From: Gemmatimonadaceae bacterium | Lineage (GTDB): Bacteria; Gemmatimonadota; Gemmatimonadetes; Gemmatimonadales; Gemmatimonadaceae | Length of the DNA stretch: 64,000 nt | Reading direction: 5' to 3' | NCBI GenBank assembly: GCA_051859245.1 | Contig: JBHYGA010000004.1 | Coordinates: 576,001 to 640,000 of the forward strand | In this document: one piece after another, positions 17,943 to 27,081 of the stretch | How positions within the stretch are numbered: the stretch's first letter is position 1 | Layout of the letters: each line of letters opens with the position of its first letter | The notes under the pieces: generated by a model | Database searches by the model: none | What the model was told of the DNA's origin: nothing | Seen by the model: only the letters and a program-made list of their open reading frames with translations | Made by a program: the position numbers and the translations under genes

Positions 17943-20126
17943 ATGACGCCACGGCTCACGCAACATCGCGGGATCTCGGCACTTCGGTCAATTGTCCGCG
18001 TCGGTGCCCTGCTGACGTATACAGTCAGCGCGGGCTGCGTACCAACCGTGGGCACCGTGCCCGCACCTACAGTGCCCGTGGCTGTAGCCGTGCCAACGCG
18101 AGCGCCGTGGATCGCGCCGACTCCGGCCGCCGTGGCGCGCAGTGAAGGTGACGCGCTGTACCGTTTGCAGCAACTGGCCGACGTGTGGCATGCCGCGCGG
18201 GGGTTTCATCCGGACCTTGTGGATCGCGCCGCCGAGTGGGACACCGCCTATCTGCGGCACGTCGATGCGGTGCGTGCGTCTACCGACGACGCGAGTTTCG
18301 CAGCCGCGATGCACGCACTGTTGCGCGAAATCGGTGATGCCGAAACACGCGTGGTCCGTGATACCGTGATGCGCGAGCGTGTGGCACTGCCCGCGGCCTC
18401 CACGTTTGCCGGAACGCTCACACCGCCTGTACGACGAAGCCTTCGGCGTGGCGCAGGGTTGATGCGTGACGCTGAAACGCGCGACGAGCGCACGGTTGGC
18501 GCCGCGTGGACACTGCACGGTAGTCCAATCCTTCGCGGCACCGGCCATGCTGATTCCGTTGTTGTCCAGGCAATCCGGATTGGTGATCAGTCCGTGATTC
18601 CAGCCGCAATGTTTGCGCTGCGTCAACGCGGCGACGTGCGGTTCGTTTCTACGGAAACGGGTGTGTTGCATTCGGACGCGATGGCCGTGCACATCAAACT
18701 GAGCGACAGCCTGTACGCTCGCGTGCGCACCGAGGAGCTGTTGCGTGCCGACGGTCGTGCAATCGCGACACGAGCAGATTCTGTCGCGAATGACACGGGT
18801 GCGCTGGCGGCGCCACCTGAAGCCAAACCACGACTTGCCGTGTCGGTAAGCGACGGTGACGGTCACACGTCGGCTGCACCGTATCCGTCGCTCCCGGAAC
18901 GATTGCTCGCCGTGACCAAACTCTGGGGCGCCGTGCGGGCGTTCAATCCGTACTTGCCAATGGCGGATGAGTCGTGGGATGACATGTTCGCGCGCGCCAT
19001 CGGTGAAGTGGAAGAGGCATCGTCTGCGCGAGCGTATTCCGTGGCGATGGCGCGATTCGTCGCGGCACTCGATGCATCGCAGGCGCGCATTGTTGTTCCC
19101 GATCATCCCGAGTTTGGTGCGCGCGAAGGTCGTGTGCCGTTTCAGATCCGGCTCGTCGACCGACGCGCGATTGTTTCGGACATCAACGACGCAACGGCGG
19201 CCCAACTGGGCGTGTTTCGCGGCGACGAAATTGTGGCGATCGGTGGTGAGCCGATCGACAAGCGACTCGATCGTTTGCGCGAGTATATCTCCGCGTCCAA
19301 CGCGTGGTCGCGCGAGCAGATGTTGGAGCAGTGGCTGCTCTCGGGTCCGGCTGGTGCGATCTCCACATTTCGCGTGCAGTCGGCGAGTGGTGCGGCCACC
19401 AGTGTGGAGTTGCGATACGAAGCGTTGGAACGCGCCGCGGTGAAAAGTGCGCCGCGTGAGGTGCAGACACTGGCCAACGGTGTCGTGCGCGTTCGCCTTG
19501 GACCGGTAACCGACGGCAGCGAGCTCAGTCTTCCCGACATCGTGTCAAACGCGGCGGCGGTGATTGTCGACGCACGTGGCGTGCACACTGATGAATCGTT
19601 GCGCTGGCTCGCTGGTTCAATGCTCGACGCCGACAACCGCGCGTTCGCGCGCGATGAAGTGAGCGAGATCGTGTCGCCGCCGCGCGGTGCATTGCGCAAT
19701 CCGGAGCTCGATCCGGCCCGCCAGTTCACGCGCACCGAACGACGGACCGGCCCAGTACGCGGCGAGTTGTTCAGCGGACCAATGGCGATTCTGGTTGACG
19801 CGTCCACGAGTGGCGAAGGCGAGCTGCTGGTGCTGCGATTAGCGGCGGGCGCTGGTCGCCGAATCATCGTGGGATCAACCACCGCTGGTGCGGTTGGTCA
19901 TACGGCGTCGCTGTTGCTGCCTGGTGGCGTGCAGGTCACGTATCCCGTGAGTGATGTGCGCTACCCTGATGGTCGATTTATTCAGCGGCTTGGCGTCGCG
20001 CCGGGCATTCTTGTTGAGCCGACGGTTGCGGGCGTACGAAGCGGTCGGGACGAAGTGGTGGAGGCAGCGCAGCGCTGGATCGCGCAGCAGCTGGCGCCGC
20101 CGGCGCCTGTGCGTCGTCGCGAGTGA
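17943..20126 (+). CDS. S41-family peptidase-like exported protein with PDZ domain; catalytic Ser apparently replaced
   Basis: Duplicated N-terminal helical domain, PDZ ('GDEIVAIGG'), S41 core 'ILVDASTSGEGE...VGSTTAGA...LPGG...GVAPGILVEP'. Confidence 0.75.
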   Translation: MTPRLTQHRGISALRSIVRVGALLTYTVSAGCVPTVGTVPAPTVPVAVAVPTRAPWIAPTPAAVARSEGDALYRLQQLADVWHAARGFHPDLVDRAAEWDTAYLRHVDAVRASTDDASFAAAMHALLREIGDAETRVVRDTVMRERVALPAASTFAGTLTPPVRRSLRRGAGLMRDAETRDERTVGAAWTLHGSPILRGTGHADSVVVQAIRIGDQSVIPAAMFALRQRGDVRFVSTETGVLHSDAMAVHIKLSDSLYARVRTEELLRADGRAIATRADSVANDTGALAAPPEAKPRLAVSVSDGDGHTSAAPYPSLPERLLAVTKLWGAVRAFNPYLPMADESWDDMFARAIGEVEEASSARAYSVAMARFVAALDASQARIVVPDHPEFGAREGRVPFQIRLVDRRAIVSDINDATAAQLGVFRGDEIVAIGGEPIDKRLDRLREYISASNAWSREQMLEQWLLSGPAGAISTFRVQSASGAATSVELRYEALERAAVKSAPREVQTLANGVVRVRLGPVTDGSELSLPDIVSNAAAVIVDARGVHTDESLRWLAGSMLDADNRAFARDEVSEIVSPPRGALRNPELDPARQFTRTERRTGPVRGELFSGPMAILVDASTSGEGELLVLRLAAGAGRRIIVGSTTAGAVGHTASLLLPGGVQVTYPVSDVRYPDGRFIQRLGVAPGILVEPTVAGVRSGRDEVVEAAQRWIAQQLAPPAPVRRRE

Positions 20127-22657
20127 GCACACTCCCAATTCATGAAGTGCTGCCAGCGCTGTTGGCGGCACTTCGCGAACGTTCGGTTGCCGTGCTTGAA
20201 GCGCCTCCCGGGGCGGGCAAGACAACGGTGGTGCCACTCGCCTTGATCAACGAGGTGTGGTTATCTGGTCAACGCGTGCTCATGCTTGAACCGCGGCGAC
20301 TTGCTGCACGCGCGGCGGCATCGTTCATGTCGCGTGCCCTCGGTGAGTCGGTTGGACAAACGGTTGGCTATCGCGTTCGCGGCGAGTCGCGCGTCAGTGC
20401 ACGTACGCGCGTGGAGATTGTAACCGAAGGCGTGCTCACGCGTATGCTGGCTACGGATCCGGCACTTGATGGCGTAGGCGCCGTCGTGTTCGATGAGTTT
20501 CACGAACGTTCACTGAACGCCGACCTCGGACTCGCACTGACGCTGCAAACACAGTCGGTGTTGCGGCCCGAGTTACGCGTGCTAGTGATGTCCGCCACGC
20601 TTGATGGTGATGCCGTCGCGCGATTGATTGCGGACGACCGTGGTGATGCGCCAGTAATTCGCAGCAGTGGTCGTATGTTTCCGGTCGCGATCGAATATCG
20701 TGCGCCGCGCGATCGTGAGCGACTGGAGTCGCATGTGGCACGCGTACTGCGCGAAGTGCTGCCGCAGCACGAAGGTGATGTGCTCGTGTTTCTGCCGGGA
20801 GCGCGCGAAATTCGCCGCGCAGCGGAGCTGCTCTCTGACGTTGCGGCCACGCATGCCGGATCGCGCGTGTCGGTGCATCAGCTATTCGGCATGATGCCGC
20901 TCGCCGCACAAGACGCGGCCATTGCACCCGCGCCGCCGGGTGAACGAAAAATCGTACTGGCCACCTCGATCGCACAAACGAGTCTCACCATTGAAGGCGT
21001 GCGGGTGGTGGTTGACGCAGGCCGCGAGCGATTGCCACGGTTTGATCCACGCGTTGGGTTATCGCGTCTTGAAACGGTGCGCGAAAGCCACGCGGCCGCC
21101 GAGCAGCGGCGTGGTCGCGCCGGTCGCGTGGCGCCCGGTGTGTGCTATCGATTGTGGGACGAGCATGAGCAAGCCATGTTGCCGCCGCGCACACGACCGG
21201 AAGTTCTCGACGCGGATCTCACGCCGCTCGCGTTGGATCTGGCCGATGCTGGCGTGACTGACGCGGCGTCGTTGCGCTGGCTCGACGTGCCGTCGCCCGC
21301 ATTGCTCGCGCAAAGTCGGAGCGTGCTGCACATGCTCGGTGCGCTGGACAGCAATGGCCGAATCTCGGCGCATGGTCGCGCAATGAGTGCACTGCCAGTG
21401 CATCCGCGACTGGCGCACTTGTTGTTGCAGGCGCGTGTGCGCGGTGAGGGAGCGCTCGGTGCGATCGTCGCGGCGTGTGTCGAAGAGCGAGATTTTCTGC
21501 GCGGGGATGGCCGCAGCCCGCCATCAGACTTACGCTTGCGTGTCGAGCTGGTGCAGGGTGGTTCCGCGTCGGCGATGACGCATGATTTGCATGGCGCGTC
21601 GGTGGATCGCGATGCGGTGCGGCGCATACGCGATACCGCACGCGATCTGGCGCAGCGTGCAGATGTTCCGTGGCGCGAGCAGCAAGGCCACACGGATGCG
21701 TGTGGCCACCTGCTCGCGCTGGCCTTTCCTGATCGCGTGGCACAACAGCGCCCGGGTCAGCGCAATCGGTACATTCTGCGCAACGGTACCGGTGCGTCTC
21801 TTCCGCCGGGTGATGCGCTCGACGGCACGCCGCTGCTGGCGATTGCGGAACTCGATGGCGCGCCGCCTGAGTATCGTATTGTAAGGGCGGCGGCGATCAG
21901 CGACGCGGATGTTCGCACCGCGTTTGCCGAAGATTTGCGTGCGGTTGATGTGGTCGACTGGGATGAGAGTGCACAGCGCGTGCGCGCGCGACGTCAAACG
22001 CAGCTCGGCGCGCTGGTGCTTGACGATGCACCGCTGCGCGATGTGCCGCCTGACGCCGTGCACCGTGTAATGCTCGACGTGATCAGGTCGCGCGGCATCT
22101 CCGCGCTCGCGTGGGAGCGTGAGGCCACGCGACTGCGCGAACGTCTCGCGTTTGTGCACGCGCATGATAGTTCGTGGCCCGATGTCTCCGACGACAACTT
22201 ATTGTACAAGCTCGAGACGTGGCTTGGTCCATCGCTACATGGTGTGAAGCGGTACACCGACATTGATGATCGCGTCGTGCATGACGCGTTGCTGACCCTG
22301 CTCGACTGGTCACAACGTGCGGCACTCGACCGTCTTGCGCCAACGCATCTAAGTGTGCCGAGTGGTTCACAGATCGCACTGGACTACAGCGATCCCGCGG
22401 CGCCGGTGTTGGCGGTGAAGTTGCAGGAGGTCTTTGGCTGGACCAACACGCCAATGATTTGTGACGGACGAGTGCCACTCACGCTGCACCTGCTCTCGCC
22501 GGCGCAGCGACCGGTGCAAGTGACGCGTGATCTGGCAGGCTTCTGGCGCGACGGCTACTTCGAAGTCCGCAGGGAGCTGCGAGGCAGATATCCGAGACAT
22601 CCGTGGCCAGACAATCCGTTATCTGCCGAAGCGACGCGTCGCGCCAAGCCGCGCTAA
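20123..22657 (+). CDS. hrpB: ATP-dependent RNA helicase HrpB
   Basis: 'APPGAGKTT', 'DEFHER', 'MSATL', 'QRRGRAGR', HrpB C-terminus 'LLSPAQRPVQVTRDLAGFW...YPRHPWP'. Confidence 0.95.
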   Translation: MSTLPIHEVLPALLAALRERSVAVLEAPPGAGKTTVVPLALINEVWLSGQRVLMLEPRRLAARAAASFMSRALGESVGQTVGYRVRGESRVSARTRVEIVTEGVLTRMLATDPALDGVGAVVFDEFHERSLNADLGLALTLQTQSVLRPELRVLVMSATLDGDAVARLIADDRGDAPVIRSSGRMFPVAIEYRAPRDRERLESHVARVLREVLPQHEGDVLVFLPGAREIRRAAELLSDVAATHAGSRVSVHQLFGMMPLAAQDAAIAPAPPGERKIVLATSIAQTSLTIEGVRVVVDAGRERLPRFDPRVGLSRLETVRESHAAAEQRRGRAGRVAPGVCYRLWDEHEQAMLPPRTRPEVLDADLTPLALDLADAGVTDAASLRWLDVPSPALLAQSRSVLHMLGALDSNGRISAHGRAMSALPVHPRLAHLLLQARVRGEGALGAIVAACVEERDFLRGDGRSPPSDLRLRVELVQGGSASAMTHDLHGASVDRDAVRRIRDTARDLAQRADVPWREQQGHTDACGHLLALAFPDRVAQQRPGQRNRYILRNGTGASLPPGDALDGTPLLAIAELDGAPPEYRIVRAAAISDADVRTAFAEDLRAVDVVDWDESAQRVRARRQTQLGALVLDDAPLRDVPPDAVHRVMLDVIRSRGISALAWEREATRLRERLAFVHAHDSSWPDVSDDNLLYKLETWLGPSLHGVKRYTDIDDRVVHDALLTLLDWSQRAALDRLAPTHLSVPSGSQIALDYSDPAAPVLAVKLQEVFGWTNTPMICDGRVPLTLHLLSPAQRPVQVTRDLAGFWRDGYFEVRRELRGRYPRHPWPDNPLSAEATRRAKPR

Positions 22658-22693
22658 GGCGGCGATCGCGTTCACAAACGCAACGCGCTGTGG

Positions 22694-23101
22694 CTAGCGC
22701 TGCATCCAATCTCCAGACGGTACGCGACGTCCGGTGGCGGCCGGTTGATTGTATCGGTACATCCACGCTTCCTGCTCGCTGCCGTCTTCGAACCGCACGG
22801 GAACCCGCACACGCAAGAACAGTGAACCGAAGCGCGCGTCGGGTGCAAACCCCTCGTACTGATCGAGCATGGCGAGGGTTTGTTCGGCAACGTCGGCACG
22901 AAGTGCCCACACTTCGCCCTGCACACGCTCAGACTCATCGTCCGCCGACAGCAGTGCGGCGAACTGTCCGGTGTCATAGAGCACGCCCGACACGCTGGCA
23001 TCACCCACGTACGTGGCGGAACTGGCCAGTCGCTCACCCATCAGCGTGCCGGCACCACGCCGAAGCGTTCCGTAAGTAAAGAGCAACGTCTGTCCACTCA
23101 T
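22694..23101 (-). CDS. Gamma-glutamylcyclotransferase (AIG2/GGCT-like) family protein
   Basis: 'LFTYGTLRRG', 'VQGEVW', 'LDQYEG', 'AWMYRY...SGDW'. Confidence 0.85.
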   Translation of the reverse strand: MSGQTLLFTYGTLRRGAGTLMGERLASSATYVGDASVSGVLYDTGQFAALLSADDESERVQGEVWALRADVAEQTLAMLDQYEGFAPDARFGSLFLRVRVPVRFEDGSEQEAWMYRYNQPAATGRRVPSGDWMQR

Positions 23102-24264
23102 GCGCGCAGGGCTTCGGGGAGGACACGAACCAGAGACTGCATTTCTTCCGGTGTGCCGATGCTGATGCGAACCCAGTCATGATACGGTGGGAACGCGCGG
23201 CCAACAGCAAAGTTCTTGACGGCGAGCGCGCTTTGCACGGTCGCCGTGGGAATACCGGCGTGCACAAAAATGAAGTTCGCGTGCGACACGGATTGTTTCC
23301 GACCCATTCTTTCTACGGCCGCGCGGAGTATCTCGCGGCCTTCCGCATTCTTGGTGCGACAGAAGTCCTGCCATTCGGTATCGGCGACCGCAGCAATGGC
23401 GGCGCGTGCGGCCAGTGCGTTTGGAACGCCAGTGGTGAATCCCTGCATGCGTGCAATGATGTCCGGCCGCGCGATGGCAAATCCTATCCGGCAGCCGGCG
23501 AGACCATGAATCTTGGACGCGGTGCGAAGCACGATCACGTTCTCACCCTTGACCACCAGATCGGTCATGCTGCGATATGACGGGTCCGTGACGTAGTCGT
23601 GGTATGCTTCATCCACGAGAACCGGCGTGCGTTTCGCGGTGCTCACCACGTAGTCGCGCAGCGTGGCGTCCGGCACCAGCGTACCTGTGGGATTGTTCGG
23701 ATTACAGACAAACACCAATCCAACGCTTGAAACGTGCCGCCGATCCATGGCGTTCAGATCATGCACATGATCTTCCGTGAGCGGCACGCGATGCACGGTG
23801 AGTCCCATGTGCTCGGCGTACTGCGGCAACGCTTCAAAAGTGGGATCGGCCGTGAGGATGTCGGCGCCTCGCATGCCAAACGTCAGCGCGGCTGTGCACA
23901 ATACCTCGCGCGATCCCTGCGTGACCATGACACAGTCCGCTGGCACGCCGGCGTACCTGGCGTAGGCGTCGCGCAGAATACGAATGGACGGTGTGCCGTA
24001 TTTGTTGTGCTCGTCCCATGCGTCGGTCATGGCCTGTCGCGCACGGGGCGACATGCCGTAGGGATTTTCGTTGGATTGCAGGCGTACCGGGCCCGCCAAC
24101 CGTCGCTGTCGCTGTACTGCGCGGGCGTACTCGGTCACGTCACTCAGCGCCGAGCGGGGCGTCGCGGCGGTCGCGGCGGGGAGCACATCCGGCAGGAGCA
24201 GTCCCGCGCCAACTCCGAGGGACGTTGTGCGCAGCCAGGCTCGGCGGGAGAGCGAAGACGACAT
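23098..24264 (-). CDS. PLP aminotransferase class I/II (HisC-like) with Tat signal
   Basis: 'SRRAWL' twin-Arg signal; 'SNENPYG', 'CNPNNPTG', 'DEAY', 'RTASKIHGLAG.R.G'. Confidence 0.85.
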   Translation of the reverse strand: MSSSLSRRAWLRTTSLGVGAGLLLPDVLPAATAATPRSALSDVTEYARAVQRQRRLAGPVRLQSNENPYGMSPRARQAMTDAWDEHNKYGTPSIRILRDAYARYAGVPADCVMVTQGSREVLCTAALTFGMRGADILTADPTFEALPQYAEHMGLTVHRVPLTEDHVHDLNAMDRRHVSSVGLVFVCNPNNPTGTLVPDATLRDYVVSTAKRTPVLVDEAYHDYVTDPSYRSMTDLVVKGENVIVLRTASKIHGLAGCRIGFAIARPDIIARMQGFTTGVPNALAARAAIAAVADTEWQDFCRTKNAEGREILRAAVERMGRKQSVSHANFIFVHAGIPTATVQSALAVKNFAVGRAFPPYHDWVRISIGTPEEMQSLVRVLPEALRA

Positions 24265-24479
24265 TGTAGCGGCCTCGGCCATACGGAGGGAGAAATACGG
24301 GCGAAGTGTGATCCACCGTGCCCGACTGCAATGTGCGACCTACTACCTTTCCCTCGCTAGCGTAGGATCAACTTTGTATCGAATTCTGTGATACCGGTCT
24401 CGTGCGGCGTCTTTGCGCTGCGGCGGTGATCGTGTGATGGCGAATCCGCAATCACAGTGCTTTCTACTTTCAGGCTCGC

Positions 24480-24899
24480 ATGTTCCGACCGTTTTCCATC
24501 GAGTGGGCAGACGCCTTCCGTGACGCGATCAACGCTGACGCCCAATACGCGGCCGTCGCGAAGAGCTGGACGTGGCCAGTGGCCTTGGTGCTGGACGCCA
24601 CACCGGCGTACGGTTACCCACAGCCGGTAGCCGTGCAGTTCACACTTGATCGTGGGCACTGTTCGGCGGCTGTGATCATGCCGCCCCATACCGTGAGCGC
24701 CACCTTTGTCCTCCGCGCCGACTACGAAACGTGGAAAGAGGTCGCGCGCGACGGACTCGATCCCATCGCCGCGGTGACGCAGGGCCGCGTGAAGTTCACC
24801 GGGCCCCTTGGCACGTTGCTCATGCACGCCAAGGCCGCGTCGGCTTTGGTGGGTGCGGCGCGCGTTGTTCCGACCGCTTACCCCGACGACCGCGAGTGA
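24480..24899 (+). CDS. SCP2 sterol-carrier-like protein
   Basis: 'ADYETWKEV..GLDPIAAV..GRVKFTG'. Confidence 0.7.
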   Translation: MFRPFSIEWADAFRDAINADAQYAAVAKSWTWPVALVLDATPAYGYPQPVAVQFTLDRGHCSAAVIMPPHTVSATFVLRADYETWKEVARDGLDPIAAVTQGRVKFTGPLGTLLMHAKAASALVGAARVVPTAYPDDRE

Positions 24900-24904
24900 C
24901 ACCG

Positions 24905-25828
24905 ATGGCCGGAGCGGAGAGTGCGAAGCCACCGCGGTGGCAGCTCGTGCTCGCGTTCCTCTGCATTTATGTCGTGTGGGGTAGCACGTATCTCGCCATG
25001 AAGTTTGCGGTGGACACCATTCCACCGTTCCTGATGGGCGCCACGCGCTTCCTGATTGCCGGTGCACTACTGGTAGCGTGGAGTGCGTGGCGAGGTCGCG
25101 CCCAGGTGAGCCGTGCAGGCCTGCAGAGCGCGGCAGTTGTTGGCGGCCTGCTGCTGTTCTGGGGCAACGGCTCGGTGGCCTGGGCGGCACAGCGCGTGCC
25201 CTCTGGTATGATGTCGCTGCTCGTCGCCACCGTTCCGCTCTGGATGGTGTTGATCGAGGGGGCGCGAGGGCGGAAGCCAACGTTCGCGCAGCTTGTAGGC
25301 GTCGCGATCGGCCTCGTTGGTGTGAGTCTGCTGGTGCTGCCGGCCGACGGCTCGTGGCGCAATGCGCCCGTTGATCCGGTGGGAGCCGCCGTGCTGGCGA
25401 TTGGTTCGTTCGCGTGGACGGCGGGCTCGCTCTATTCGCGCACCGCAACACAGGCGCCGTACGCACCGATGGCCAGCGGACTGCAGATGTTATGCGGCGG
25501 TGCGATGCTGCTGGTGCTCGGTCTTGCGTCTGGTGAGACGGCGCGGTTGTCGCTCGATCTCATGTCGCTGCGATCCATGTGGGCGGTCGCGTATCTCATT
25601 GTGTTCGGATCGCTTGTTGGCTTCAGCACCTACATGTGGTTGTTGCAGAAGGCGAGTCCAAGTGCGGTTGGTACGTACGCGTACGTGAATCCGGCAGTTG
25701 CTGTATTGCTCGGTGTGCTGCTGGCGGGCGAAAAAGTGCCGGCGCGCGGCGTACTCGCCATGTCGGTGATTGTGGGAGGCGTTGCGCTCGTCTCACTCGC
25801 GCCGAAACGTGGATTCCGGCGCTCGTAA
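24905..25828 (+). CDS. EamA/DMT transporter (YedA-like)
   Basis: 'IYVVWGSTYLA', about 10 TM helices, 'TYAYVNPAVAV'. Confidence 0.9.
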   Translation: MAGAESAKPPRWQLVLAFLCIYVVWGSTYLAMKFAVDTIPPFLMGATRFLIAGALLVAWSAWRGRAQVSRAGLQSAAVVGGLLLFWGNGSVAWAAQRVPSGMMSLLVATVPLWMVLIEGARGRKPTFAQLVGVAIGLVGVSLLVLPADGSWRNAPVDPVGAAVLAIGSFAWTAGSLYSRTATQAPYAPMASGLQMLCGGAMLLVLGLASGETARLSLDLMSLRSMWAVAYLIVFGSLVGFSTYMWLLQKASPSAVGTYAYVNPAVAVLLGVLLAGEKVPARGVLAMSVIVGGVALVSLAPKRGFRRS

Positions 25829-25841
25829 CACGCCCGGTGGT

Positions 25842-26549
25842 TCACAATTTTTTCATGAACGCACGAATGCGCGCGGCGTTCGCGCCAACGTCGCTACGAC
25901 CGACGCGTGACATGGAGCGCACATCAATGCGCGAACCGCTTTCGTTTGCGCGAATGCGCACCACGACATCATCCTTGAAGCCGAACCATGTGGTGGTGGC
26001 GGTCGCTTCAATCCGGCCGCTGGCCGAGTCGGCGGCAACGATGTCCCACCCCATTGCTGTCGCGGCGGACAGCGCGTTGCGAAACGCCTCAGGTGGCGCG
26101 TCGCTCACGGTGATCGGTTTGACGTCGGGATACGCGGCGGCCTGCAGCGCGGCGATACTGTCGCCAGCGTAGCGTGAGCCGTTCGGCGCGCTGTCTCGCG
26201 CCGGCAGCAGTGCCACGAAGAGCGGTGGGTCGGCGGTGTCGGTGGCGATGTCGTGAATTGGCGGAACAGACCGCGCCGTGCGCGAGAAGCTCCACGGTAC
26301 CGCAAAGGTGACCAGGCCGAGTAGGAGCGCGAGTAAAGGGACCGCGAGCTTCGTACCACGCGGCTTGGCGAGCAGCATCGCGAGCACCGCCAGAATGCTG
26401 GCCGCGACTCCCACGTAGAGTGAGTATCGAAGCAGCATCAGGCCCGTTCGAAAGTCCCACACGCCGAGTTTTGTGCCAGTGCCCGACGCCAGCAACATGA
26501 CGAGGCCGAGTACTGCCGTGCCCAACGCCACTGTGCGCGACCAATTCAT
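25842..26549 (-). CDS. DUF1499 membrane protein
   Basis: 'PPIHDIATD', 'QAAAYPD', 'WFGFKDDVVVRI', 'RSMSRVGRSD.G.NAARI'. Confidence 0.85.
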   Translation of the reverse strand: MNWSRTVALGTAVLGLVMLLASGTGTKLGVWDFRTGLMLLRYSLYVGVAASILAVLAMLLAKPRGTKLAVPLLALLLGLVTFAVPWSFSRTARSVPPIHDIATDTADPPLFVALLPARDSAPNGSRYAGDSIAALQAAAYPDVKPITVSDAPPEAFRNALSAATAMGWDIVAADSASGRIEATATTTWFGFKDDVVVRIRANESGSRIDVRSMSRVGRSDVGANAARIRAFMKKL

Positions 26550-26665
26550 GAGACTGCTCCTGATACGACATGAGAATGACGCCTGGCGGCCGAAACCGTG
26601 GCGCCGGAAATTCCGTAGATTAGCGTGCGGCTTGTTACACCACTGCTCTCAAACACGGGACGGCG

Positions 26666-27025
26666 ATGCAGAACCACATCAAAATTGTAGCGCTTGGAAA
26701 TATGGCGCTCGGCGCTTTGGGAATCGTTGTCGCGATTCTCTTCATGCTTGGCTTCAGCGTTGCGGGTCTGGCCAGCGGAGAGCTTGCGGGCGGTCTCGTG
26801 CTTGGCTCGATCGGTGTGATCGGTGGCGCGTTCATTGCTGTGTATTCACTGCCGCAGTTCATTGGCGGACTTGGTTTGCTGGCTCGCAAGAACTGGGCGC
26901 GATACGTGCTGATGGTCACGTCAGCACTCTCGCTCTTCGGATTTCCGATCGGCACCATTCTTGGCGGTTACTCGCTGTGGGTGCTCACGAACAACGACAC
27001 GAAGATGCTCACGTCGGGTTCGTAA
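26666..27025 (+). CDS. Small hypothetical membrane protein
   Basis: Three to four hydrophobic segments; 'KNWAR...FPIGTILG.Y.LWVL'. Confidence 0.65.
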   Translation: MQNHIKIVALGNMALGALGIVVAILFMLGFSVAGLASGELAGGLVLGSIGVIGGAFIAVYSLPQFIGGLGLLARKNWARYVLMVTSALSLFGFPIGTILGGYSLWVLTNNDTKMLTSGS

Positions 27026-27047
27026 ACGTCATGATCGTTGCAACGAC

Positions 27048-27081
27048 AACGGCGCCCGTCGCACTAGCGGCGGGCGCCGTT
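27048..27081. terminator. GC-rich hairpin between convergent genes
   Basis: AACGGCGCCCGTCGC-ACTA-GCGGCGGGCGCCGTT. Confidence 0.55.

Noticed and set aside
17988..19205. 405-aa antisense ORF (similar: 24357-25466, 27494-28408, 30516-31469, 32805-33995, 37911-38861)
   Set aside because: They lie opposite well-supported genes, are Arg/Ala/Ser-rich with no motifs, and are expected shadows in high-GC DNA
23098..24264. Calling this gene hisC
   Set aside because: Has a Tat signal and no his genes nearby
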